Below, piece after piece: positions 39,660-50,196 of a stretch of 64,000 bases of DNA. Each line of letters opens with the position of its first letter. The first letter of the stretch is position 1. The translations under genes and the position numbers were made by a program. Source of the stretch: Cirrosporium novae-zelandiae (lineage: Eukaryota); the NCBI GenBank assembly GCA_026023565.1, contig JAPETS010000001.1, positions 806,001 through 870,000 of the forward strand, read 5' to 3'. The notes below the pieces were generated by a model. That model was not told where the DNA came from and did no database searches. It was given only the letters and a program-made list of their open reading frames with translations.

Positions 39660-39821
39660 GGGGGATTGGCGCAATGGTAGCGCGTGGTAAGGGCATTGAA
39701 AAAAATACAAAATCCCGATTCACCGTTTCTAACAAATAACAGGCTCTCCTACTTTCGCTAGTTAATAGCAGAAAATATATTGGATAAGCCAAGGCTGTGG
39801 GTTCGAGTCCCATGTTCCTCG
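39660..39821 (+). tRNA. tRNA-Arg(CCU) interrupted by a 56-nt spliceosomal-type intron (39687-39742) in the anticodon stem and a 34-nt canonical intron (39752-39785)
   Basis: Mature 72 nt: GGGGGAT TG GCGC AATGGTA GCGC G TG|GCT CT CCT A|A AGCCA AGGCT GTGGG TTCGAGT CCCAT GTTCCTC G; anticodon stem TGGCT/AGCCA forms only after GT-AG removal; acceptor stem has three G.U pairs. Confidence 0.85.
39687..39742 (+). other. Spliceosomal-type (U2) intron inside tRNA-Arg(CCU), between bases 28 and 29
   Basis: Donor GTAAGG, branch point TTCTAAC (39727-39733), acceptor AACAG; size matches the window's mRNA introns. Confidence 0.82.
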
Positions 39822-39832
39822 GTTCATAATAA

Positions 39833-39838
39833 TTTTTT
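39833..39838 (+). terminator. Pol III terminator (T6) of tRNA-Arg
   Basis: TTTTTT starting 12 nt after the discriminator base. Confidence 0.7.
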
Positions 39839-40148
39839 GTGGGGTGGAGACGGAAATAGGAACTAGGGATTGGATAGATGGCGGAGAATAATATATCTAT
39901 ATCATTCCTTCATGCAGGTGGCAATCCTGACGAGTATGAGATAGGGAAGCCAATTGAAATAGAGATGGCTGACATTATTCACCGAATAATTAAGGCAAAG
40001 ATAAAAAACAAAGAAGAAAAACAATGCAATCGTGAAAGGATGAACAGTATTCATTAGCAATATATGCATCTATACACCATTAGCATCAAGGAACAATCTA
40101 TCCCTCCCAATACCTGCTAGAGTCCCACTTTTCTATTATGAAACACAA

Positions 40149-41239
40149 TTAAGCCCTTCTCCCTAGAAATTCTCTTACATTCTCATAGACCAAGAATGTA
40201 ACCCACGTACTAGGCAGCACTCTCACGAGACTTGGTCCCAAACCCTTATAAAATCCCCTCATACCCTCTATTCTCCAAACTTGTCCCAATACATCTAAGC
40301 TACCTTTATAGAGCGTGCTTGCATCGTAGATCTGCAATCTAGCTCGGACAACTTGGTATGGATATGTTATGGAGCTCGCGAAGATCTTGGAAACCGCCGA
40401 GATGAGGAGGGTATCTGTGTTGGTGAGAATTTGGGAGACCTCTACGGACGTGAGAGCCTTTCCATCAGAAGCATGAGTCAGGTGAACACGTGATCGCGCG
40501 CGCCATTCTTTCAAGCGTTCGTAGGCCATGAATTGAAAAGCACCATGACTGTTCCCGATCAAGCTGGGTGTTAAGCCTCTATAAAAGCCCCTCACTCCCT
40601 CTGCACGATACAATTGCTTTCCACCGTCCCACATGGAATGATAGGCCCCCGGCGCCAATGCACCAGTAGACAGCATTCTCGTTTTAAGCACCCATATTGG
40701 ATTCGTCAAGACTGTTGTAATCCCTCCTGCACAGGCAGAGGCTAGAAAGTATTGAGGGGCGGAAAGCGCACTGGTCCTGCTGGAATTTCGTTCTTCAACA
40801 TCCTCTCCATGGTTATTATTGGCATGTCGCAAGTTGTAATTAGATATCAGAGTCTTGCATTCGCCGTAGGAGAAGAAAAAAAATCCCCAAGCAACTGTGT
40901 TGCCAACCAGGCTCGGAACAAGACCACGATAGAATGCGAGAAGGTAGCCTTCATTAAGGAAAACAGACCGAGCGATTTGGAAGGCGGAACCAAGACGCGA
41001 GGAGGTGGAGGTGCGATTGACTATTCCAAAGGTTAATGATTTATAATGCGAGAGGGTATATCTTTACGGGAAAAGCACGACGATTGAGTAACTAGGGATA
41101 GGTCCTGGATAGAATGGATACCTTGTAAACGAGTCTTTATTATATCAAGGGGATGGACGACTAGAGTGGAGGCGACACCGGCGCTGACGCCAGCTATGGA
41201 TTCGGTGACCGCGGGGGAAAGCTCATAGTTATTGGGCAT
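40149..41239 (-). CDS. FLX1: Mitochondrial FAD/folate carrier (SLC25A32/Flx1-like), 1 intron
   Basis: Three carrier motifs HPLDIIKTRLQ, NPIWVLKTRM, YPYQVVRARLQ; GFYRGLTPSL; FMAYERLK. Confidence 0.8.
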
Positions 41240-42373
41240 GGACTCGGATGCTTGTTGAAGCCTAGAGTAGATAATGGGTGGTAGTGGCTAATATAAATAT
41301 ATAAAAAGGAACTGAATAAGTAGGGAGGCAAAAATACAAGTAGCAGTTTAAGTAATAGAGAACCTCTGAACGGCTACAAAAGGCTAACGCGACTAATTTA
41401 CTATAGGCCTCGACAACTATACCCAGGGAATATCATTATTTTCTGGGTATTTTACAGTCTCTTCAAAATGATAGAAGTACAGTGCACCGAATATATTTCA
41501 TCCGGATAACTCGTCACTAGACTTGGCGCCGTCCCATGCGCTCGACACTACTGCCCCCATAATCATGAATGGCAAACAAATAAGGCTCTGGACCTTATCC
41601 CGAATTTTCTGGATGTGTATTTTATTCGTTATTTTTAGATTTGAAATCGACGAGGATAAATGTATCGGTCGTAGGAATTCTCTATGCAAGAGGAGAGATC
41701 AATCTAGAATTGTTAGTTTTATTCTTCATAGCAGCAACAATCTTGTTAAACATCCTAGTACCTGATCAAAGGAGGCTTTGGTTCACTCCGAGTATATCCT
41801 GCACACAATTAGCAATGCATCTTAACTATAAATGTACAAAGTTTGCATACCAAGGTAGATAATGAGAGGCAGATATCCGCTGCTGCCGGTTAGTTCTTTG
41901 CGTTTCCGGAAGAGACATAGTAAATGTAATATCGAAATGCATACTAATGAACTGCAAATCTCGAGATATCAATTATCCTGGAGATGCGCTCCTGTATGTA
42001 GATCAGTAAACTAGAATTGAGGGCGTGAAATGGGAGGTTTAACCTTGGTCTCTTCTGATAGTTGGAATCGCATAATTGCTGATGGTTTTTTATGTGAAAG
42101 ACTATTGAATTCCCGATTCCAGAAAGCTCAGAGATTATCAACGGTAGTGAGGGAGAAAAGAAGGCGTAGCTCGTGAAACTGTTCGTCAATGAAGCTGCCC
42201 ACTCAAGTCTGGGGAGCTTCAAATATTTTGTCGGAGACGAACAAACAAAGCAAACAGCGTTTTCCAGTTATCTTCTGGTGACCTCAACACCAATAGCTTC
42301 TATAGCTTTCGGATCCAACACTTTACTTTAACACAACAATCGCTTTATACCATAATACACAATTCAATTCGTT

Positions 42374-43542
42374 ATGTCAGGCGCAAGGCACTGGTACGCT
42401 CTTTACACCCCCAATTCCAGAATGTTATCACTTAAATCAGTATTTTTAGGGAACAAGACAAGGAAGCAACCGTCTATATCGGCAACCTTGATGAACGAGT
42501 AACAGATAGCCTGGTATGGGAATTGATGCTTCAAGCCGGCCGAATCGTCAACGTCCATCTACCAAAAGACCGCGTCACACAAACCCATCAAGGTTATGGT
42601 TTTGTTGAGTTCATCAGTGAAGAAGATGCTGAGTATGCAGCTCGAATTATGAACCAAGTGAGGTTGTACGGAAAGCCAATCAGGGTGAACAAGGCAAGCG
42701 CGGATAAGCAGAAGACAGTGGAGGTGGGAGCAGAGTTGTTTATTGGGAATTTGGACCCGATGGTTACGGAACAGACACTCTATGATACATTTAGTCGGTT
42801 TGGGAGTCTAGTTTCTGCGCCAAAGGTATTTAATTATAAACCTTCAACGATTGGAAATAGGCAGACAGCTAACACGAATAAGATTGCAAGAGACGACGCG
42901 AATCTATCCAAGGGTTATGGCTTTGTATCTTACTCGAACTTCGAAGCTTCCGACGACGCTATCGCAAACATGAATGGGCAATACTTGATGAACAAAGAAA
43001 TATCAGTCCAGTACGCCTACAAGAAAGACGGAAAAGGAGAACGACACGGTGATGAAGCAGAAAGAATGTTGGCAGCGCAGGCAAGAAAACATAATGTTGC
43101 ACCAGCACCACAAATCGCTCCACCACTCACTGCAGCACCTCCACCTATGGCACCAACGCCCATGCTCGATGGTAATGTGGCTTCGGCAATGGCTACACCT
43201 CCAGCAGGTTTCATGAATGGGAGACCCCCAAATTTTCAGAACGTACCTCCACCACCACAACGGCCGACTGGGCCACCAACGTCCACTCTGGCAGCACCAC
43301 CATCAGGTCTGCCCGCAAGACCCCCCCCTTCACAGGCTGGATATGGAGGACCCCAGGGGTTTATACCTCCTGGATTTAATGCGCCACCACCCGCTGGATT
43401 TCCTCCTTCTACCGTGCCTTCAAACGGAATGGCACCACCGCCTGGATTCGGACCGCCGCCTGGATTTGCGGCCCCCCCTGGTGGTGTTCCACCAGGGCTA
43501 CCACCTGGGTTTCAGCCACAGGCGTATGGGAGGACGAGATGA
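42374..43542 (+). CDS. HSH49: Splicing factor 3B subunit 4 (Hsh49/SAP49), two RRMs plus Pro-rich tail, 2 introns
   Basis: [81 protein letters not shown]. Confidence 0.96.
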
Positions 43543-44223
43543 GCCGTGGACGAAATTTGAAATGAGTATAGAAGCATGACTAAAGAAGAGGAAATGCCTC
43601 TCCGATACTGGAATCAAGAGACTTGAAGCTGCAATAAGCAGGTGAGACTAAACTTGATATGTTTCTTGGATTTACAATGACTCTTTTACTGGTAGTTTTC
43701 GCGTGAGGAATCGTGGGTGGTTGAAAAGAGCTGGAGGTACCATTCACATCCTAGGATTGTGAGGTAGTTACAGGACAGGCTACCACACAATGAGAGTGTA
43801 TAGAAATTAAAGAAATATTGGGTATCAGCTACATGAAACAAATAGTTTCCAAACAGTAACTATCCCAAAACCTGTTCATGAAATTTTGGTGGAAAGTAAA
43901 ATTCGTTAATCAAAAACATTAAATATTCCATTTATGGCGTTTAGTTCCTTTGTTGAAAATACAGTCTCACCTAATTACATGTATCTATAAGTCGAATTCC
44001 AAAGGCTACTGATATTGCCCACCTAGCTTCTCCACCTTCCCGTACATTTCTCTTGTCTCCAAACCTCCGTTTCGACCACCATTCTCCGCACTCAAGCCGA
44101 ATAGCTGCACCCACTACTCCCAATGCCAATAAGCATATCTCTTCTACTTCATACATACCTAACCAATTAATCATAAAACCCACGTCCTGTATCCACCTCT
44201 CGATCCCTGTAACCGCGCAAATC

Positions 44224-45402
44224 ATGTCCTTCGAGACCCTCACCCCTCCATACAATGCTTCCGACCCAACAGCCCGCTTCCTTTCCTCCTCCTGTCTTGA
44301 CCTCCTCCTAATTGAGCTCGTCCCCCTCGCACAACGTCTCGCTGCCTCAGTCTCCAACCCAACTCCACCCCACGCGCCTAATAGTACCACATCCATAAAG
44401 AACAGACCAAGTAGCTCTGGCGCAGGTAGAGGTTCCAGCAGCGATGGAGTAAGAGGGAGTGGTGAAGGAACAAGAAGTTCTGCTGCTGTTGGAGGAGGCG
44501 CGGGGAGTACTGCGACGAGCGGGGTGAGTGGTGCAGGAGGATTGGATGAGGAGGACGAGCGGGAGCAGGTGTTTTTGAAATTGGAGGGATTGGGGTACAG
44601 GGTTGGGTTGGGGTTGGTTGAGAGGTGTGTATGCAGTAGTCTCTTTTTCTTCCACTGTGGCCTTTGGGATTGAAGAGAAGCGGAGGGAGACCATTTTGTC
44701 TCGCTCAACGTACGAGGTCTACATGCACGCGGGGGTGATTGATGAGTGCTCCAGAAGAGGAAGGACGTGCAGCTATAGACACATTTACAGTGCTACTCAT
44801 CTAAACTACATAGCTGACACGAACCTCTCGTTTTCACTTAGATTCTCTCGCGATCGCCCCCGCTTCACCGAACAACTCGATGTGATAAAATTTCTCTGCA
44901 AGGATCTCTGGACCTTGGTATTCAGGAAACAGATCGATAACTTAAAGACGAACCATCGGGTATGATATATACTATAATGCCCCTCTCCCCACGTCTCTAC
45001 CCATAGCCCCCGTCTCATTGTTACAGGGTGGCCAGCCCGATTGGCTAATATCTATATCTACAGGGCACCTATGTTCTCACTGACCACACATTCCGACCTT
45101 TCTCCCGCATGAGCCTCTCAAAACGCGAGGAAGCTGTTGCGAAAGCACAACCGGTATTGCCATTTCGTTCTTTATGCCTTACTATCCCACCCTCCTCTTT
45201 CCAAAGACGTCCCATACCCACAGACAAACCGGTACACTAATGTGTTTCTGCCCATTCACAGTATCTCTGGTTCCCCTGCGGCGTCATCCGTGGGGCTTTA
45301 GCAAGCATGGGAATAGAAGCACAGGTACAAGCAGAAACGCAAGAACTACCCGGGGCGACTTTTCAAATACGGACAATTACCACGGTTGGGCAAAAGTCAT
45401 GA
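44224..45402 (+). CDS. TRS33: TRAPP complex subunit Trs33 (Bet3 family), 3 introns
   Basis: [70 protein letters not shown]. Confidence 0.92.
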
Positions 45403-46041
45403 CCTTCACACGTTGGTAGGGGTGCAAAGAGCGAATAGATAACCATAATATATGACATGTTAGCGGCATTCTGGAGAGGCGTTGGGGTTGACTTGGAAGG
45501 GCAAGGGATGACAAAGGAAAATGGTACTAGACAGCCGAATGTCCAAAAGAGCAGAGAGGCGTCAGTGAATTGTATGTATGCTATGATATCAGCTTCTATA
45601 GGATACAGGCAGACGGATTTAACAATCAAAAAATGGACAAGCCTTGCAACGCAACAACTCCAAGCTCTGGGTCTCTCCACGCCCTGGGAGTCCTTGTCAA
45701 CCGACCCTGAATTCATTCCCAGCTCGCCATTGATCCGTCCATCGTTCCACCGAAAGCAATACAAAGCAGAGTACAATTCATCAAAGCCTAATACACAGAT
45801 AATGAATGTCGATTAGTCAAAGTTCATGGCTCATCATGCTTGAGTTTCATAAGTAAGTATCTCTCCTGCTTTCTATTCCACGGCATCATATAGTAATGGT
45901 GTGGTTTTGTTGAAATTGTTATGGTCGTCGTGATTTATTCAGATCAGACCCTTTGAGGGAGGCACATTTGTTTTAGAAGACGTTCGATCAAGATCAGGAC
46001 AGGAAATTAGCGCACACTAGAATAGGTGCGATGTCATTAAC

Positions 46042-47425
46042 TCACTTAGCAGCTGGGGGGTTCTGGGCAAATTGAACGCCCTTCTCAATATTTCCCTTTA
46101 GGCCTGGGTAGCAGGCGCTAAGCAGTTTCTTTTCGTAATCATTGGCATTTTTAACCATGTTGATTGCTTGCTCGACACCGTTGGGCTGGGAAATATTAAT
46201 ATGGGAACATAGGCATTAGTCGAAGGAATTAACATACACCGAGGACTACAGGGACCGAGAAGTACTCGCAGCCAGTGGTCTGTGCGATTGGCTTGCCTCC
46301 TGGAACGCCAGGAAGGTAGACAAACGAAGGTTCAACGATATTGGCTTCGCCTTGTGCAGCACTGATCAGCTTGGTAGCAAAGCTAAAATAGTTAGCATGT
46401 GAAAAATCGAATTTTGAGTTCAAGAGAAAGATACCGATAACCAGCCCAAGCCATTGAAAGAGTAGCTGATCCAGCTCCCTCCTTGGCCTTGACGACCTCG
46501 TCACCACCGAACTGTACACCTGTAAATGATATTATTAGCAACAAGTTTAAGAATTTTATGAGCGTAATTATTCTTACGGTTGACAAGGGCATCTAGCTTA
46601 TCGGCTGGAATATCGACTGGGGGCTTGGCTTGGCTGAATAGAGGCACGATTGTCTCCCCAGAGTGTCCACCAATTACTGGGACAATTGTTGCTGTTGGGT
46701 CACTTCTTCCAGCAATGTCGGCAACAAAGGTTTCAGCTCGGACGACATCTAAAGTTGTCACGCCAAAAACTTTCCGGGGATCATAAACACCAGCTTCTTT
46801 GAGAACCTCGGCAGCAACAGGTACAGTCGAGTTGACAGGATTGGATATTACAAGAACAAATGCCTTAGGACAGTGTTGGGCAACGCCGGTGATGAGAGTT
46901 CTAACAATTCCCGCATTGACTTTGAAGAGATCATCACGAGTCATTCCAGGTTTGCCTATGAGGGATATTAGCTACCCTTGCCGAGGTGCCGAGTAGAAGC
47001 AGCGGAGTATTCACGTGGAATGCCAGCAGGGATAACAACAATATCAGCACCAGTCAAGGCTTGCTTGAGGCCATCGTCTTTAGGAAGGAAGCCAACGATT
47101 TTCTAAATTGAGTCAGCCTATCCTGCTGATGAGAAATTTAGGAGGAAGCCCATTACCGCTGGAGATGAAATGTGAGAAAGATCAGCTGCAACGCCTGGGG
47201 TATTGACAACATCATATAGAGCAAGTTCATTGATTTGAGAGCAAGTCTTTAGAAGAAGGGACAATGGCTAAGGATAAGAATAATGTTAATAGGAGTTCTT
47301 GATTAAGAGGGAGTTTGGCTCAGAGATTTACCTGGCCAATGCCTCCAGCAGCACCGAGTACAGCTATCACGCCATTAGTGTCATTCAATGCTGGATAGAC
47401 ATGTTTAAAGCTTACCAGCTTTCAT
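46042..47425 (-). CDS. MDH: NAD-malate dehydrogenase without mitochondrial presequence (cytosolic/peroxisomal type), many short exons
   Basis: [81 protein letters not shown]. Confidence 0.94.
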
Positions 47426-48024
47426 TTTGATAAGTATAAGATGAAGGGAGAAGGTTTTTAAGAATAAAGAGTAGAAAACGGAGATTGAGTGGAGATGAGA
47501 GAGAAAGAAGAGAGATGAAGAACTTTACGAGAGAAGGAAATTGGGCGGAGGGGATGGGCGAGATCCTAATAGTCTGTAAATACTCCTACCTTACGATTAC
47601 CCCTCTACGTCAGCTCTCCTAACCCCGTGCACCTTGGAAGTCTCGAACCATAATATCAACATTTTCATCCCCATTAATTCAAGAACCACCACAAAATCGC
47701 GGGGTTTGTTTACTGGGACTTAAATGGGTCCATTTCCCCGGATGTAACTAAAATCTAGAATAAAATAGGCTTGATATCAACTAGATGCGTTCGTTGGAGA
47801 GAAAGCTTCACGAGCCAGCGATTAATTTTCGTGAGCTTCCGATTCGTACTCGCCAGTTTTAATGGTAAGGAACCTGTATTCTGTGTATTTGAAGCTATCC
47901 TCTCCTCAGAATCATCTCCGCTCTTCCGTCACCGGATATTCTAATATCCACCCCATTCATCATTGGTCATCCGATACCACGGCCAGTATATCCCAAACAT
48001 GTGAGACAGCACTCCAATAAAGAG

Positions 48025-48180
48025 GCTCCTATAGCTCAGTTGGTAGAGCGCAGCACTAGTACTACCAAAGTACTTCACCGGAGTAGCAATGCTGAGGTCT
48101 TCAGGTAAGAGTTTCTCGCCTCTTCATAGGTTTATTCAACCTTCTAACATTTGCAATTAGTTCAAATCTGAATGGGAGCA
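48025..48180 (+). tRNA. tRNA-Thr(AGU) with a 27-nt canonical intron (48062-48088) and a 56-nt spliceosomal-type intron (48105-48160) between G53 and T54
   Basis: Mature 73 nt: GCTCCTA TA GCTC AGTTGGTA GAGC G CAGCA CT AGT A|A TGCTG AGGTC TTCAG|TTCAAAT CTGAA TGGGAGC A; T-stem TTCAG/CTGAA with a 7-nt loop forms exactly after GT-AG removal. Confidence 0.9.
48105..48160 (+). other. Spliceosomal-type (U2) intron inside tRNA-Thr(AGU)
   Basis: CAG|GTAAGA donor, TTCTAAC branch point (48142-48148), TTAG acceptor. Confidence 0.87.
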
Positions 48181-48188
48181 TTCAATTA

Positions 48189-48193
48189 TTTTT
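48189..48193 (+). terminator. Pol III terminator (T5) of tRNA-Thr
   Basis: TTTTT starting 9 nt after the discriminator base. Confidence 0.65.
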
Positions 48194-48613
48194 GGCCTAT
48201 TAGACTTCCAATTTGCATTTATTGAGAGTGGCTTTGCCATCTCCCGGTTTTGTCCATCAGCAAGTTTGTTTATTTTCTATATAATTTCGACCGCTACATG
48301 CATGTGAATCCTTTGATTTCAGTTGTATCAAGTTATTTTTTTGGTAAGATATACACAGTAATAGACCTCCAGGTAAAAGTTCTCTGCATTTTCGAAAAGC
48401 CAAATATCTCGGACAGGTTATTCGGTACTTTCCACTGAGGGATTTTGTTTCGATTCTTGTTCTCATAGCTATCCCTTGAAGAGATATTTACCTCGGTATG
48501 TCTCTAAGCTAGCGATTCTTGCATGATGCCCGCTCGAGATAATCTCAGATCTAGCACTTCTTCGTGTCCCTCCATAACCGTACCCGAAGCCTGTTCGTAT
48601 CATTCCGAATTCC

Positions 48614-49327
48614 TTAAGCATCCTTCTCAGCAGCCCTCCTTGCCTTGGCGCCCCTCAACTTCCTTTCTGGGTCTTCCTTCTGTGGTCGCTGCGATTTGAG
48701 GATAGCACTTACACGTCCAACGGCGGCCTGGCGGAGGTCTGGACGGTAACTATTTTTCGCGACGTAGGACGAGACACCCTTGTAGATCCTATTTCCAATG
48801 TTGTCAGTCCTTATCCTCGGTTGAATAGGAGCTTCGGTGAGAGAAATATACTCACTTTCGGTTTGACTTGTTGGGGCCCAAGGAAACAACGTTTCTGTTC
48901 TCTTTGGGCTGACTCGATTTGGCTTCCCTCTTTGTGGTCAAGACAATGCCACCCTTATCACCCGGTTGGACTCCGACGGCCTGATATTAACCTAGGGATC
49001 AGTATATAATCTCGAGCTTAGGGCGTGAATTAAACTGGGATTAGTGTACCTTAAGGCTTGAGGTTCCGTCGTACTGTAGTCTAGGTTAGCCTATATTTAA
49101 ACAATTGATAATTAAAAATACCTTCCGAGAGTGCTTGTTCATGACATTGAGAGGATCTCGAGAGAACTGTACACCTCCACCCTGTCTCTTCTTGACGAGG
49201 TAGCAGTTCTGGGTACCTAATATGGGTCAGTTCCTCATTATCAAGCATACAATTCTTCTTTAGCCAAATACAACATACGGGTGATTTCCCAGACCAAGTC
49301 TGAAGAAGCGTTTGAGAGAGTGGCCAT
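48614..49327 (-). CDS. RPL28: 60S ribosomal protein eL28 (L28e), multi-exon
   Basis: MATLSNASSDLVWEIT, NCYLVKKR, FSRDPLNVMNKHSRKY, SYRPDLRQAAVGRVSAI. Confidence 0.9.
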
Positions 49328-49769
49328 TTTTGTTATGTTCTGATGTGCTGCTGCTATCTTCCCAAGAGCACTGAATAATTAAAGTGATTGTGCGAACTTT
49401 CGAGATATTCTAATTCCGAAAATAGCAAAATAAACGAAATGTGTGGCTTGTGTAGTTGGTGGCTGAGTGATACAAGGCCCTTAATTAGTGCCTTGGTGTT
49501 CTCGGATCAAAACACCCCGCTGTTTCCGGTTGATGGATGGGCAGCGTCAGATGCAATGGTAATGACGGCCGCGTGGACTTGGTGGGCGTCTTCTTCTTCC
49601 TCTTCTTCTTGGTTGATAAATACAAAATACAATGAAATAATTGATGACTCTCATACTCTATAGAGCTTTTGACCTACAACACAACTCTACATTATACCTC
49701 ACACTTTCCTTTAATTACAATAATCCACTTTTCTTTGCAATTTCAACCAATTTACCACTTCTTTGAAAC

Positions 49770-50196
49770 ATGGCGTACCTTCTTTACAGCGTCTCCTTCA
49801 TCGCTCTCATAATTGGGACTAGTAAGTCGTAGGTTCCTAGTTGTGGAAGTGCCCCCCTGCTAATTACTCGGATTAGTCCTCTACCTATCACGCTCCCGCT
49901 GGCTTCCTTTACTTCCAGTTCCAAATACCATCTATCAACGTATCCCCAACACCTTTTTTGACGATGTGGAAGCTGGTCTCCATTCGGAAGATTTTAATCT
50001 AGCCGGAAACATCACCTCTGGTGATACACGTGCAGGTCTCGATGAAAGAGGAAAAAGAGAAGTACAACGTATCATGAAGAAGAAGCATGTAGGCTTCGAC
50101 GAGGCACGACGGTTGTATATGGAAGATGGATTCAAGAAGAATGGTATCGCTGCCGACGGATTACCTAAGGATCCCAAATTTGTCTCGTTTTCATAA
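49770..50196 (+). CDS. Small conserved fungal membrane protein (UPF0357/DUF2015-like), 1 intron
   Basis: Hydrophobic N-terminus; FFDDVEAGLHSEDFNLAGNI..GDTRAGLD; FDEARR; IAADGLPKDPKFVSFS*. Confidence 0.8.

Noticed and set aside
39607..39813. 68-aa minus-strand ORF (MGLEPTALA...)
   Set aside because: Antisense artefact of the tRNA-Arg gene; the GLEP motif comes from the reverse-complemented T-loop
39660..43542. Proximity of the intron-bearing tRNA genes to splicing/RNA-processing genes (HSH49; also CBP80, ELP2 and URM1 in the window) as a functional cluster
   Set aside because: Unrelated housekeeping genes lie in between; nothing in the sequence distinguishes this from chance
43971..44708. 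245-aa minus-strand ORF
   Set aside because: Antisense shadow of the low-complexity TRS33 exon 1
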